The position numbers and the translations under genes are program-made. From a virus (lineage: Duplodnaviria > Caudoviricetes): a stretch of 64,000 nt of DNA. The stretch lies in the IMG/VR virus record IMGVR_UViG_3300043388_000012, positions 1-64,000 of that record; one strand, written 5' to 3'. This document shows positions 9,757 to 21,020 of this stretch, one piece after another. Every line of letters begins with the position of its first letter. Within the stretch, counting starts at the first letter, position 1. The notes below the pieces were generated by a model. That model searched no databases. It saw only the letters and a program-made list of their open reading frames with translations, and had not been told where the DNA came from.

Positions 9757-10064
9757 AGACGTTAGTCGATTGGCTCTTCTCGTTGTCCCTCATGTTGTTT
9801 CTGCTTTGGCTGATGCCATGGCCCGAGAGTGTTCAGAGGCTCTACAACGCGCTCGTGAAGCGGCTCGAACGCGCGATAAGGGGGAAGTGATGGACGTCAG
9901 AGATGAAGCCTTGATTCGCATCAACGAGATCGTCACGCGTTGGGAGCAGATCCGGCAGCTTGATTATGGCTCTCCTGTCGTAGCGGCGACCTATCACCTC
10001 GCTGCGAATGAGATTCGAGAAGTACTTGAGGAAGTCGCAAGCGCTCCGGGAAGGGAGTCGGACG

Positions 10065-10808
10065 ATGACGCTGAAGACTGAGAGCATCTTCTTTCCAAAC
10101 GTGTTCGGGCTCGACTTGTCGCTCCGAGCTCCCGGGCTAGCTGTAGTCAGCGGCAATCCGCGCAACCATGTTGGCGATGGCCTCGAGGTCGACTCCGCGT
10201 TGATTCGTATCGGCGAAGATGTTCGTGGCCCGCAGAGGCTGTCGGTTGTGTCACATGCCGTGTGGGATTGGATGAAGAGCCGAGGCGCGAAGGCTGGCTC
10301 GCTCGTTGTTCAAGAGGGGTACGGATTCTCTTCGCAGATGGCGCACTCGACCGGCGAGCTTGGCGGCTGTGTGCGGAGAGATCTGTACGAGAATGGCTGC
10401 AACCTGGTTGTGATTCCCCCGTCGACGCTCAAGCGTTGGGTTACGGGCAAGGGCAACGATGACAAGAACGTCGTCATCAAGAAGGCGTTTCAGCGTTGGG
10501 GATTCGACGTCGACGAAGACAATCAGTGCGACGCGTTCACTTGCGCGATGCTCGGGCTAGTCGACGTTAGTGATCGCTACCACTGGACTCAGGTCGAGCT
10601 GGACATACTTACAAAGAAGGTCGAGCGCTATGCGGGACAGGGTCAAGCAAGTTGGCTCGGCGGAAGTCCGAGTGGGAAGGTACCAACTCGCACTCGCAAA
10701 CGTAAAACAGGCGGAGGTGTTGATCTCGGATCCTCCGTACTCAAGCAAGACGTGCAAGGGCCACGACGCAGGCGACGACATGATTCGGGACGGAGTCCCG
10801 CGGCGTAA
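10065..10808 (+). CDS. ruvC: RuvC-like Holliday junction resolvase
   Basis: FGLDLSLRAPGLA, VVQEGY, PSTLKRWVTGKGN, DNQCDAF; ATG 10065 is in frame with the listed ORF. Confidence 0.82.
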   Translation: MTLKTESIFFPNVFGLDLSLRAPGLAVVSGNPRNHVGDGLEVDSALIRIGEDVRGPQRLSVVSHAVWDWMKSRGAKAGSLVVQEGYGFSSQMAHSTGELGGCVRRDLYENGCNLVVIPPSTLKRWVTGKGNDDKNVVIKKAFQRWGFDVDEDNQCDAFTCAMLGLVDVSDRYHWTQVELDILTKKVERYAGQGQASWLGGSPSGKVPTRTRKRKTGGGVDLGSSVLKQDVQGPRRRRRHDSGRSPAA

Positions 10809-11424
10809 GATGGGATATGCGCCATGGCATGAATCCGACGTTGTCGAGTTCGTCGATTCATGGGCTCCGCGCATCCGAGGCTGGTTCGTTGTCTTTACTG
10901 ACCATGTGCTAGCTCCGTTCTATACGCGCGAGTTAGAGGCGAGCGGGAGGCTGGTGTTTCCGCCGATCCCATACGTTGAGCGCGGGATGACAGTACGGCG
11001 ACAGGGCGACGGGCATTCGAGCTGGACAACTTGGGTCATCGCAGCACGACCACGTAACCGAGAGTTCGTGAAGTGGGGCACGCTGCAGGGTGCGTACATC
11101 CTGCCTCCGGGGTTCAAAGAGAAGCGGGTGATCACGGGTCAGAAGACGCTCTGGGTTATGAGCGAGGTCATCAAGGATCACAGTCGGCCAGGTGACTTGA
11201 TCGTTGATCCATGCTGCGGAGCGGGCAGCACGTTAGTTGCGGCTGTAAGGTTGGGTCGAGACGCGTTAGGCGCGGATGGAGATGCGAATGCTGTCGATAT
11301 CGTCAGGGAGAGGCTATCAGATGAACGAACTAGGCATGCGAGAGGTCGAGACGTTCGCCAAGGAGTGGGCGGCGGCAGGCTCGCACGTGGTTCAACACTG
11401 GCAACTGTGGGAGGAAAAGGCTAG
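10630..11424 (+). CDS. Amino (N6A/N4C) DNA methyltransferase, beta-class motif order
   Basis: LISDPPY near the N-terminus; DLIVDPCCGAGSTLVAAVRLGR SAM-binding motif near the C-terminus. Confidence 0.85.
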   Translation: MRDRVKQVGSAEVRVGRYQLALANVKQAEVLISDPPYSSKTCKGHDAGDDMIRDGVPRRKMGYAPWHESDVVEFVDSWAPRIRGWFVVFTDHVLAPFYTRELEASGRLVFPPIPYVERGMTVRRQGDGHSSWTTWVIAARPRNREFVKWGTLQGAYILPPGFKEKRVITGQKTLWVMSEVIKDHSRPGDLIVDPCCGAGSTLVAAVRLGRDALGADGDANAVDIVRERLSDERTRHARGRDVRQGVGGGRLARGSTLATVGGKG

Positions 11425-12590
11425 CGCGGTGTTCGGGTTCATGTACGTGAAGAAAGCCGCCCCGGAGAGCATGCATGCCTTGATGTTCGTAGTGTGCGGC
11501 GTGTGCTTCGGCGGCATTGGTTCGGTCAAGGGCGTTATCCGCAACGCGGCTCCGAGCACGCTAGCTGCAGTCTCGAGCGCGGTCGGGCATCTGCCTGAGT
11601 TCCGAGTGCTGCTCGAAGCAGAGTCGCGGTTCCGCAGCTGTCAGTTGGTTGCTGATTGGATGATCGCATTGCTCCCCGATGGCAAGGTCGCTGTGCGTTC
11701 GGAGCTTCGCAGTTCAGGGGAGACAGAGCATTGACTACCTATCCCGAGCATCCCGAACCAGCACTCACTGCGCATGAGATCCTTGCGCAGCACACAACCA
11801 ATGTCAGTGCGATCACGGCGAAGGTGATGAGCAACGCGATCGTCGAATACAACAACCTGCGAGCGCTGGTCGATGATCTCGCCAGAGAGCGAACGCGGGA
11901 GCTGCTTCGAAGACACGAACCAGCCGAGCCCGAGATCAAGGTGTCTGCCGCTCTCGAGTCTGTGACCGAAGCGCTCGCGACGTTGGCGGATGTGATCGCG
12001 AAGGCGAAGGAGTTCGTACGCCGTGCGGCAGAACAGAACCGGCTAGGAGTTGTCCCGGATGCCGAAGCCGCGCAACTGCTCATGCACGGCAGGCTGCGTG
12101 AAGTCGTTGGTCGGAGCACTTCAGATGCGGGGCACGTCATGACGGGAGCCGATGCGTACGCGAGACAGGCGGATAGCCAAGCCGAGCCAGGGAAGAACGG
12201 TGCTCCTAGATAGGTACGGAGTGATAGCCGTATTCGCGGCTGCGGCTTGGACCGATCAAGCGCGGTTACGGCTTTGGGCGAAGACGGTCGGCGCGGCAGT
12301 CGTAGCCTCGCAGGAGCTCCAGACAGTCGTGCTCCTGACGGATGACCCGTCTGAAGCGAACAACGTCTTAGCGAGGCAGCTCCGGTGCTCGAACGTTGTG
12401 TGCGCCATCGTCAGGACTCCCGGCACAATGCGGTCAACGATAGAGCTAGGGCGGGCTAGGCTCCGACGTGATTTGGCTATGGCGCAACTCGCAGATGCGA
12501 TCTTCGACTTCGGCGAGATGTCAGGCGGGAGGCGCCGATTTCCTGACAAGCAGACCTTTGTGATTCTAGAAGGGCAGGATCGATCTGACT

Positions 12591-12608
12591 TGTAACCTCG
12601 AGGATACA
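12591..12608. promoter_or_regulatory. Motif A site
   Basis: TGTAACCTCGAGGATACA, overlaps the stop at 12595. Confidence 0.85.
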
Positions 12609-12658
12609 GATCAAGAGTCTGGTCGATCTGCACTCGGCGACGAATAAGGTTCGGTGAG

Positions 12659-12874
12659 ATGGGCTTCATGAATGACGCGGTCAGGTGTCCATGCTGCGGC
12701 GCCTTTCCTGCGTGGGCAGTCGATGGCGTTGGGTTACAGGTTCATGCCTTCGTCGTTTGGTGCGACAACTGCAACAAGAGTCACCAGCAACTAGCGTTAT
12801 CGGCGCGCGGGCTCACGCTACGGCGAGCGATCGACATCTGGAATGACAACACCACGAAAGCGCTTCAATCGTGA
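12659..12874 (+). CDS. Lar-like (restriction alleviation) zinc-finger protein
   Basis: CPCCG...VWCDNC...AIDIWN matches the Lar family pattern CPFCG..V.C..C..A...WN. Confidence 0.5.
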   Translation: MGFMNDAVRCPCCGAFPAWAVDGVGLQVHAFVVWCDNCNKSHQQLALSARGLTLRRAIDIWNDNTTKALQS

Positions 12875-14258
12875 ATGAACGGCGCAACCGGCTTCGGCTC
12901 GTTGGCGTCTACGCACAGCACCCTGAAGAGATGCTCACGCATGCCATCTCTGTGACGCTATCGACCGCAGCTGGCATCTATCGCTCAACGCACAAGGAGG
13001 CTCTTTTCACTGTCTGTTGCAACCCGGCAATGCTCGAACGCGCAGCACGGAAGATCTACTCATATGTGCTGCACGAGATGGCTCCAGGGCTGAAGTCAGA
13101 CCCAACACCAGAGGCGTTCGATCAACTCGTCAAAGACGTTGCTGGCATCGCAAAGGAGTCATGAGCAATGAGTGAGTCACACAGCATGCCGCCCGAGTTT
13201 GGTGACCCAAGCGAGATGCGGATGAGCCGGCTCGAAGGTCGGATCGCAACTGTCGAAGACTCGATCGCAAAGGCTGAAGTGCGGAGGGTCGAATCCATGC
13301 GACCGCCGACGTCGGATGATGTTCGAGAGGTGCTGCGCTACGCACGAGCTCTCTACGACGATCATGAAGAGGGCAAGCTCACTGACTCGGAGCGAGCATC
13401 GGTCGTGCTGGCGAAGGCGCTCGAACAGGCAGCAAGGCTTTGGCGGCGCGTCTATCGCGAAGGCGATCCGAGCGCGGACACGTTGGATGTGTTCGTGGAG
13501 TGCATGAATAGGGTGTTGCTCCCATGAAATCCAAAACACCGAACCCAAAGAGCCCGACGCGAAGGCTAGCAATAGCGGAGCGAGTGGTAGCCGAGATGGA
13601 GAGCGGGGCGATGGCTGCGGCTGGCGCCGAAGAAGTGTCGATGAGATTCACTACAGAGTTTCGACGAAAGACTGTCTACAGGCAGTTCGAAGTGCAGGTG
13701 AGTTTCACCCGAACGGAGGACTAGTGACCGACAACGAGATCGAGCAGCTTAGGGGCGAGCTCCGCTTGCTCCGATCGGCGGTCAGCACTGACGTTGCACA
13801 ACGGGCGACGAAGATGCGGAGCAGGATCGCGGATCTCGAAACGGAGCTCCGCAACTCACGAGCAGAGCTGTATGCATTGATCACGTCGGAGCACACGCTC
13901 AACACAGGCCTGCATGCGCTCGACTACGACGCGGCTGTGAGCAGCTTGATCAGCGCGTTGCATGCTGCACGCGGAAGTCTGGTCGACTCGAACGTGCTGA
14001 TGACGATGCAGGTCGTGCGCGAGATGCGCTCTAAGTTGGGGTTGCCATGATGATCGATCGAGCGGTAGCCAAGGAACACTCGATGGCACGAGTGTCTGCC
14101 TACGAGACTGTTAGGTGGCTTGGCGTCGCTACGATGAAGGACGTCATGCAGTATCAAGGGCTCTGCGAGATACGAGCGAAGCGAGCGCTAGAAGAGCTGG
14201 TCGACGACGGCACGTTGATGAAGGACGGGCATCGCTACCGAGTCAGGAAGCCTTGGCC

Positions 14259-14483
14259 ATGAGTGTTCCGCATGAACACATCATGCAGTTTTTCTCGATG
14301 GTCCCTGAGCTGACTCCGCAGCTAAAGGCATTGTGCGAGGTGTTCGAAGACGTGGCGCGGAAGCTGGAGAACGGCTTACCAGCGAACCCGGAGCGAACTG
14401 TAGCTCTGCGCAAGCTACTTGAATCGCGCGACTGCGCAGTGCGTGCGGCGCTGGTCTCTCCGGTCAGAGCGAGGCGAGAGTAA
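14259..14483 (+). CDS. Small helical-hairpin protein, Acb2/Tad1-like candidate
   Basis: VARKLENGLPANPERTVALRKLLESRDCAVRA resembles the hairpin of nucleotide-sponge anti-defence proteins. Confidence 0.45.
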   Translation: MSVPHEHIMQFFSMVPELTPQLKALCEVFEDVARKLENGLPANPERTVALRKLLESRDCAVRAALVSPVRARRE

Positions 14484-15190
14484 CGCGACTTGGCGGCCGC
14501 TCTCGGAAGGAACAAGTATGGGCATCATGTGGGCGATCGCATCGAACCTAGTCGGCAGGTATCCTCGGCTCCGTCGCACCGTACAGCGAGTGATGGGCTT
14601 GACCGATCCTCCTGAGCATCTGTTCGACTGCTTCGATGGAGGCCAGACGTGCGTGTACTGCTATCGGCCGAAGACGCTAACGGTCATGCTGCAGCCATGT
14701 AGGGCGAACGTGTTCGCTAAGCGAGCACCTGTGAGGTTCGAATCATGATGATCGATGGCTACGATTTGATCGACGGGGAACGGGTCATGATGCGGAGTAA
14801 GCCGACCAGATGGGATCGGTTCGTCCACTGGGTTAGGGCAGCGAGCGGAAGGCCAGAATCGATCAAAGCGAATGGCGTCTACACGGTGAGCATCGGAGGC
14901 GTCTACACAGAGAGCGTCGGAGCGGATCGTCGCGAGCCAAAGTGGCTCAAGCCGACACTCTTCAATCGAGCCTTCGTGTGGTTGTTGGCCGCGGTCGGAG
15001 ACCATCGCTACGGCATCCTGTATGACTTCGGAGATTGAGGAGATCCCTACGAGCAGCTTGCTTCGGGAGCTCCGCCGCAGACGTGCATGCGCTCGATTAC
15101 GGCTCTGTACTTACTGCGGCCGCACTCGCGATGCCGAACCATGCATTGAGCTAGCTCGGCATCGCGGCGAAGATGCGCGGTCACTGACTG

Positions 15191-15475
15191 CTACTTCGAA
15201 CCTGGCCGAACCGCTCCGTTGAGCGGCTCGAACTCCAGCCGCACGCGATAGCCCATCGCATAGGCCATCCGGGCAAGCGTTCGCAGAGTCATGCCGTACT
15301 CGGCTCCGAGGATGCGAGACACGGCTTGTTGCTTCTGCCCACTACGCTCGGCTACCTGCAGTTGAGTGAGACCTTCATGCTCCATTGTGGCTCCGAGCAT
15401 GAGAGCAGCATGAGCCAACAAGCTCTCGACCTCGAAGCTCGGAGTGTGTGTCAGCTCTGACAGGTTGTGCTTCAT
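15191..15475 (-). CDS. XRE-family HTH transcriptional regulator
   Basis: MEHEGLTQLQVAERSGQKQQAVSRILGAEYGMTLRTLARMAYAMG. Confidence 0.8.
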   Translation of the reverse strand: MKHNLSELTHTPSFEVESLLAHAALMLGATMEHEGLTQLQVAERSGQKQQAVSRILGAEYGMTLRTLARMAYAMGYRVRLEFEPLNGAVRPGSK

Positions 15476-18400
15476 GTGGCTGGCTTAGGGGCACGTGGGT
15501 CAGGTGTGTCGAGTGGCTGTGCGAGAGCGTCTAGCAGCGCAGCGATCGCAGCGTCGATGAAGTCTCTCCCGGATGGCGGCACTCGCCTGCGCGCTCGCAA
15601 CCGGACTTCAGGATCGGCGAGCACTATGCGTGTGACAGCCCGAGCTAGCCCGGTATCGGTCGAAACCCAGTGAGCCGCTTGCCTGTCTAGAGCAGGTTGC
15701 CATTTGCATGATGAGAGAGTCGGAGATGCAGCTTTCGACTTCTTTTTACGTGGTTTTTGAGTGGTCATTGGGCCTCAAAGCTTCTTCAGCATGTCAGTGC
15801 TGAAAGCGTGTATTTGAGGCGCGAACTGGTCGATCTGAGTCTGCATCGCTGCAGCTTCCCGCGTCTTGTCATTGGCCAGCACTACGAGCCGTTGAGCTTC
15901 GCTCGCATGCTGCTTGGCTTCGTCCCGGAGGGCCGTTTGCTTGCGTACGAGCTGGTCGAGCAACTGCGCTCCCATCTCTAGCCATGCCGTTAGGTCAGAG
16001 ATCGGCTTCGGCGTTGGCTCCAACGTTGGCTCTGGCTTGGTAGCTATCAAGACAGTTTCAGGCTGTCTCGGAGGCGGTCGTATGCCTGGCTGATCCTGGC
16101 TGTACGCTGGCGTGAGCTCATCAACAGCTCGCTCGATGCGATTCCATTGCACGGCCTTCTCACTCTTGTCGTCGAAGAACACGACGCGTACACCTGAACT
16201 CAAGCGCTCAACGATGCGTGCTTTACGCGGCTTCGAGAAGCGAGCGTTGGTTCCAAGTATCTCGTGAACCATCACGTCATCGCCTACGCCAAGCGACCGG
16301 GCTTCTTGCTTGGGAGTGAGTGCGGGAGGTGTCGGGGGCTCGATGGGAGGAGGCAATGACTGCTTGGCTTCCGAAGCCGAAGTCGTCGGCTCGATCGAAA
16401 TGTAACCTTGAGGATACACGCCTGAGTTTGACGTTGACGCAATCGGAGCAGGGGGAGCCGATGACTCAGCCATCAGCGGCGAAGTCGGCAGGCGTTGTTG
16501 CTCTGGCTGCTTCTTGGGAAGCTGTACGAGCTTTTGCTCTGGCTGCGACGGCGGCACGAGCTTCACGTTCGCGAACGCTTGCGGCACTGCTCGCAGGGCT
16601 TCCGATGTAGCGTTGCCGTTGACCGGAGCTGGAGCTTTGGGCGCTTGAACAGGCGGCTTCGGCACCTTCTTCAGCCTCGTGTATGGGATCTTCTGCTTGT
16701 CGCTACGGAGCGAAGTGTCTTTCTCCGTGAACTCAACAAGGGCAAATGCACGCTCCTTCTTCAGGATGATGGCGCGGCGTACAGATGCGGTTGAGTTGCG
16801 CTCGTTGTCTCCGTACTTGCGTTTCTCGACTAGCACTTCTTCCTTGAGAGCAAAGTCTGCAGACGGGTCCTGAAAATCAGCTTGAGCCATGTTGTGTCCT
16901 TGTTGTGTGAGGAGTCCTCGGATGCCGGTCACGATTTGCAGTCAAGTGGGTCGGAGAATGGCTTCTTCAATGTCGTTGAGTATCTGCCGCACTTGAGTCA
17001 GGCCGATTTGAAGCGCGAGCTTCTTCAGCGCCCCAACATGGTCAACGCAGCGCTCGTTGAGCATTGACGGAACGTTGAACATCGACTCGAGATCGTTCGC
17101 AGTGGACGTGAGGATCTCTTGCTCGCCGTTGGGCGAGATGACAGCTGCATGTCCGTTTGAATGCCCATTGCGTTTACGGAGCTTCGGGCCCTGTGTCGGA
17201 GCGATGTACGTACCGTTAGCCTTGAGGGCAATGCGGATGCTGCTCCGGATCTTCGAGACCTGCTTCTGTGTGAGAGTGAGACCGATCGCTTTGGCTTTGG
17301 CGACGGTCTCGGCGTTTGAAAGTGTCTCGGGTAGGCCAGCAACAAAGGCCTTCTTCGTGATCGGTTTGCGGGGCATAGAGTGTGTCCTTTGTTAGTTGTC
17401 GGTTGGGTTGATGGGAAGCGGTAGAGCTCCGGCGCTGTCTGCTGAAAGGCCGACCCATGCAGCCGGCCCTATGATTTTGTAGTAGCCATGCGGCACGACG
17501 AACCGCGTCATTGAGACTGGCTCGCCGTATCCTTGCGGCGCGTAGACGGCGATCGTCAGACCGGTGTTGGTTATGTCTAGAATGATGCCGAGCAACGCAC
17601 CGAACGGCCCTGCGTTGGGGTTGAGTTGGGCAACGTCTCCGATGCGTGGAAGCGGAGGGATGGTCATGAGTCGATCCGGTTCTTCGACTCTTCGGCTACC
17701 AGCCAGCGAAGGTGACGCTGAAGCATGCCGATCTGGTCTTCGCGGCTAGCACTCGATGAGTGCGTTACCCATCCGGGCCCGTTGTTGAAGATGAGCAGAA
17801 AGAAGCCTTCTGTCTTGTAGAGCCGCATTGCGACCTGTCTCGAGATCTCCCGAATCTTGTTCTCGAGTAGCTCACGATCGGCAATCGGCTCTCGACCTGC
17901 CTTCTCTGCATCTGTCATCCGGTCGAGCCGTGCTTTGGTCTCTTCGCTCGGTTCAGCGAGCCACTGAATGATCTGCTTGACGCGAGCAGTGAAGCCGTGC
18001 GGGTTGCGTTGATTCTCTGCCGTCGTTGACATGTACGCGGCAAGCGCTGACAGGATCATGATGTCGTCATCGAGGTCGATCGAGTAGTCGAGTTGCCACT
18101 TCACGAGATGCTCACAGAGCGCGTTAGCCGTCTTCACTTTCTCGGTGAAGCCATCGGGCGCGATACCGAGTATCGCGCTCGTTAGGTCGTTTAGGTCCCG
18201 CTCATAGGTAGCGTCGTCTGACTTGTCATCTGTCATTTGGGTGCGTCCTTTGGTCGCAGGCCAAGTACGGAGCAGAGCACTTCGACGTCTTCGCGGTACA
18301 TCGTTAGTTCGCCCGAGAGAACGCCTCGAATCCAGATGAACACACGCTCGTGTGCTCCCGCTGTCTTCGTTCGAATGCTGCTCACGATGCGCAGATAGGG

Positions 18401-19918
18401 CGGTTCATTGGCATCGGTCACGAACTGCCGCTCACAGCCATCGGGAGCAGCACGCGATGCGCTGTGAGGCAGTACGAGCTTGTCACGTGTCGCTTTGAGT
18501 TCGTCGAGCAGCTCATCGATGCGGCCTTCGCTGAGCTTGAGCGAGTTGAGTAGGTCTTTGACCTTGTCACGCAAGCAGAGCGCTTCGTGTGCTAGCAGTC
18601 CTGCTTCAGTGCGCGGATGGTAGCTGTCACGTGAAAGGCGCCACTTCCACAGAGACAGACTCGCCTCGATGCGCTTATCGATCTCTTCATCGGTGAGCTT
18701 CGGATAGTCGACGAACTTAACGCTGTCGGTCTCGGAGCGCTCTGCCATCTCAGTCTGAAGCGCAGACAGTACGCGATAGGCTTTCTCGACGTTCTCGTGG
18801 CATGGATAGCCGAGCAGGTCGTATGCCCTGCCTGTCTGCTCTGCCCACTTGGCAACGCGTGCTTCGAGCGATTGCAGACTCAGGTCGAGCCGCACGGTAC
18901 GAGCTTCGGACTCGGACGGTGTATGCCTCGAGGTGATGCGGATCGCATCGAGCGCTGTGACCAAGTGGTCGATAGCTGTGGCTAGGCGTTCGTCATGAGG
19001 CATTCAGTTCTCTCCCATGCGCGGCTTTGCTCGGAGCCGGAAAGTGCGGCTCCGTACCTGGTCCCATCACATCGTTGAATATCGCTTCGGCTTGATCGAT
19101 GGAGGCCAAAGACTCCATCACGCCGCATTTCCGCATTAGGGCGACGCGGCGCCCGATGGCGGTCATAGCCGCACGGAGAGCTTCCCCAGTAGGCTCTTCA
19201 TCCGTACCAGCTGACATCTCGTGAACGATTGCAGCCATCAGCCAGAACAAGTCAGCGGGACGCAACCCGGCTTCGCTCATGCGTAGGGTCAGGTCGTGAG
19301 CAACGTGCATGATTGACTCTGCGCGCGCTTCATCCTCCGCAGTAGGCTCTTCATCGTCAGCCATCAGCCCGGCTCTCCAGCTGCTTTCAAAGCAGCATCG
19401 AGCACAGCTAGCGCAGTCGCCACAGGACCATTCGAGCCGTCTTCACTCGGTTCATCGCCACTCATCAACAGGCAATCATGTGCAGCAGAAGCAGCCTTCC
19501 GCAGCACTGCAGCCTTCTCAGTCAACCGTGAAATCACGCGTTCACGTTCACGGAGTAGCTCCGCAGCCACAGTAACGAGATGCTCTGCCACAGCGGGCGA
19601 GGATGGAGCTTCAACAGCACGTGACACAGCCGCAGTCACGTTAGGCACACCAGCCTCGCCCAACAGAGCAACCATCTCAGCCGTACCAACTACACCACCA
19701 AACTCGAGAGTGCAGCGAACAGCCAAGCCGGTCTTAGGCGAAGCATCATCATTCAAAGCAGTCACGAGCAGACGAGTATGCACATGCGTAGTACCGGCTA
19801 GAGCCAGAGCATCAGCACCTAGCAACTCCTTGCCGAACGCAGTGAGAAAGGCCGGAAACGCTACGTCGGTAGCAACCGCTTCTCGTTTCTCGCGCAACAC
19901 ACGTTCGTCGTCAGTCAT
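15472..19918 (-). other. Minus-strand operon of hypothetical genes
   Basis: Contiguous ORFs 15472-15768, 15775-16890, 16942-17376, 17392-17667, 17664-18236, 18233-19003, 18993-19364, 19364-19918; AGGAC-type RBS before 16890 and 17376. Confidence 0.75.
16401..16418. promoter_or_regulatory. Motif A site
   Basis: TGTAACCTTGAGGATACA, intragenic. Confidence 0.85.
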
Positions 19919-20165
19919 CGACCCTCCCTTGAGGGGAAGACCAATAGACCGGCTCAACCGCTTCTGTCCATCCCCTCCGCTGGCTGTGGGACAGATCCGC
20001 GATTGATCGAGAGACGGGCGGAGAGCGTCAACCGTGATCACTCTTGGCACTGCTCGTAGAGCTCAACACTGCTCCGCACTGATCGGCGATGTACCCGTGC
20101 CCCCAGAGCAGAGGAAGACGCTTCATGAACCAGGTCGAAGATCTGGGGGAGAGTGTGGCATGATG

Positions 20166-20181
20166 GAGCCAGATGCGGGAC
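20166..20181 (-). promoter_or_regulatory. Motif B operator in a leftward promoter
   Basis: GAGCCAGATGCGGGAC; TTGACA on the minus strand at 20191-20186. Confidence 0.65.
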
Positions 20182-20239
20182 ACATTGTCAAGCGCGTAAA
20201 CACGAACGGACCCGCTCGTGTTTGTGCTAGACCACCTGC

Positions 20240-20983
20240 ATGCCTCCGCGCAAACAGACCACTGACCCGAGCATCGCGATCGCTTACCTCCGCGTCTCGA
20301 GTGACGAGCAAACCGTTCGGCAGCAACGGGAGGAGATCGAGCGTTGGGCCCGCTCGCAGCGCATCACGATCGCGGAGTGGTTCTCCGATGATGGAGTGAG
20401 CGGAGCGGCGGAGCTCTCCATCGCAAAGCGGCCTGGCATGATGGGAGCCATCGCGGCTCTCAAGACACATCGAGCTGGCTTGCTCGTTGCGTGGAAGCGA
20501 GACCGGCTTGCTCGATGCGTAGCGAGCGCTGCGGCCATCGAGAAGCTCTGCAAGGAGCAAGGCTCGAAGGTCGTAACCGCGGATGGGCTCGATGCGAGTG
20601 ATACGCCAGAGGGCATGCTCGTGCGCTCCATGCTGGACGTGATTGCAGCCTACGAGCTGGAGTTGATCCGTGTACGCACGCGCATAGCGATGGCCTCGAA
20701 GAAAAAACGAGGGGAGGCGGTAGGGTCAGCACCCTACGGCTGGAAAAACTTGGGCCGCATCGAAGTGCAGGGGGGTAAGTCGGTCGGAGGTCGCTTGGAA
20801 AGGGTGCCAGAGGAACAGGCCACCATCGCGCGTATACGCCTCCTGCAGGCATCCGGACTCTCGCATAGGGGGATTGCTCTAGCGCTCACGAGAGAGGGCT
20901 ACAGGGCCCGTGGGAAGGCTTGGCATGCGACCACAGTACAGCGCGTGTTGAGTGCGCTACGCATGGCCAGAGAGGCGGCTTGA
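20240..20983 (+). CDS. Serine recombinase (catalytic domain plus short recombinase domain)
   Basis: AYLRVSSDEQ (catalytic Ser), DGVSG, RPG, WKRDRLAR, GSAPYGW. Confidence 0.92.
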   Translation: MPPRKQTTDPSIAIAYLRVSSDEQTVRQQREEIERWARSQRITIAEWFSDDGVSGAAELSIAKRPGMMGAIAALKTHRAGLLVAWKRDRLARCVASAAAIEKLCKEQGSKVVTADGLDASDTPEGMLVRSMLDVIAAYELELIRVRTRIAMASKKKRGEAVGSAPYGWKNLGRIEVQGGKSVGGRLERVPEEQATIARIRLLQASGLSHRGIALALTREGYRARGKAWHATTVQRVLSALRMAREAA

Positions 20984-21002
20984 AAGACTCGGCACGGGGC
21001 TG

Positions 21003-21020
21003 TGTATCCTCGAGGTTACA
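21003..21020. promoter_or_regulatory. Motif A site (reverse orientation)
   Basis: TGTATCCTCGAGGTTACA, 20 bp after the serine recombinase stop. Confidence 0.85.

Larger units (their letters stand above)
11321..15222 (+). other. Run of about 14 small co-oriented hypothetical genes
   Basis: ORFs ending at 11734, 12213, 12595, 12874, 13164, 13527, 13724, 14050, 14262, 14483, 14748, 15038, 15222, many joined by stop/start overlaps (ATGA, GTGA). Confidence 0.75.

Noticed and set aside
10630-10648. Motif-B half site with TTGACC on the minus strand
   Set aside because: Only one arm, no convincing -10 box, and it coincides with the methylase start codon
20240-20983. IS607-family transposon
   Set aside because: No N-terminal MerR-type HTH and no adjacent tnpB
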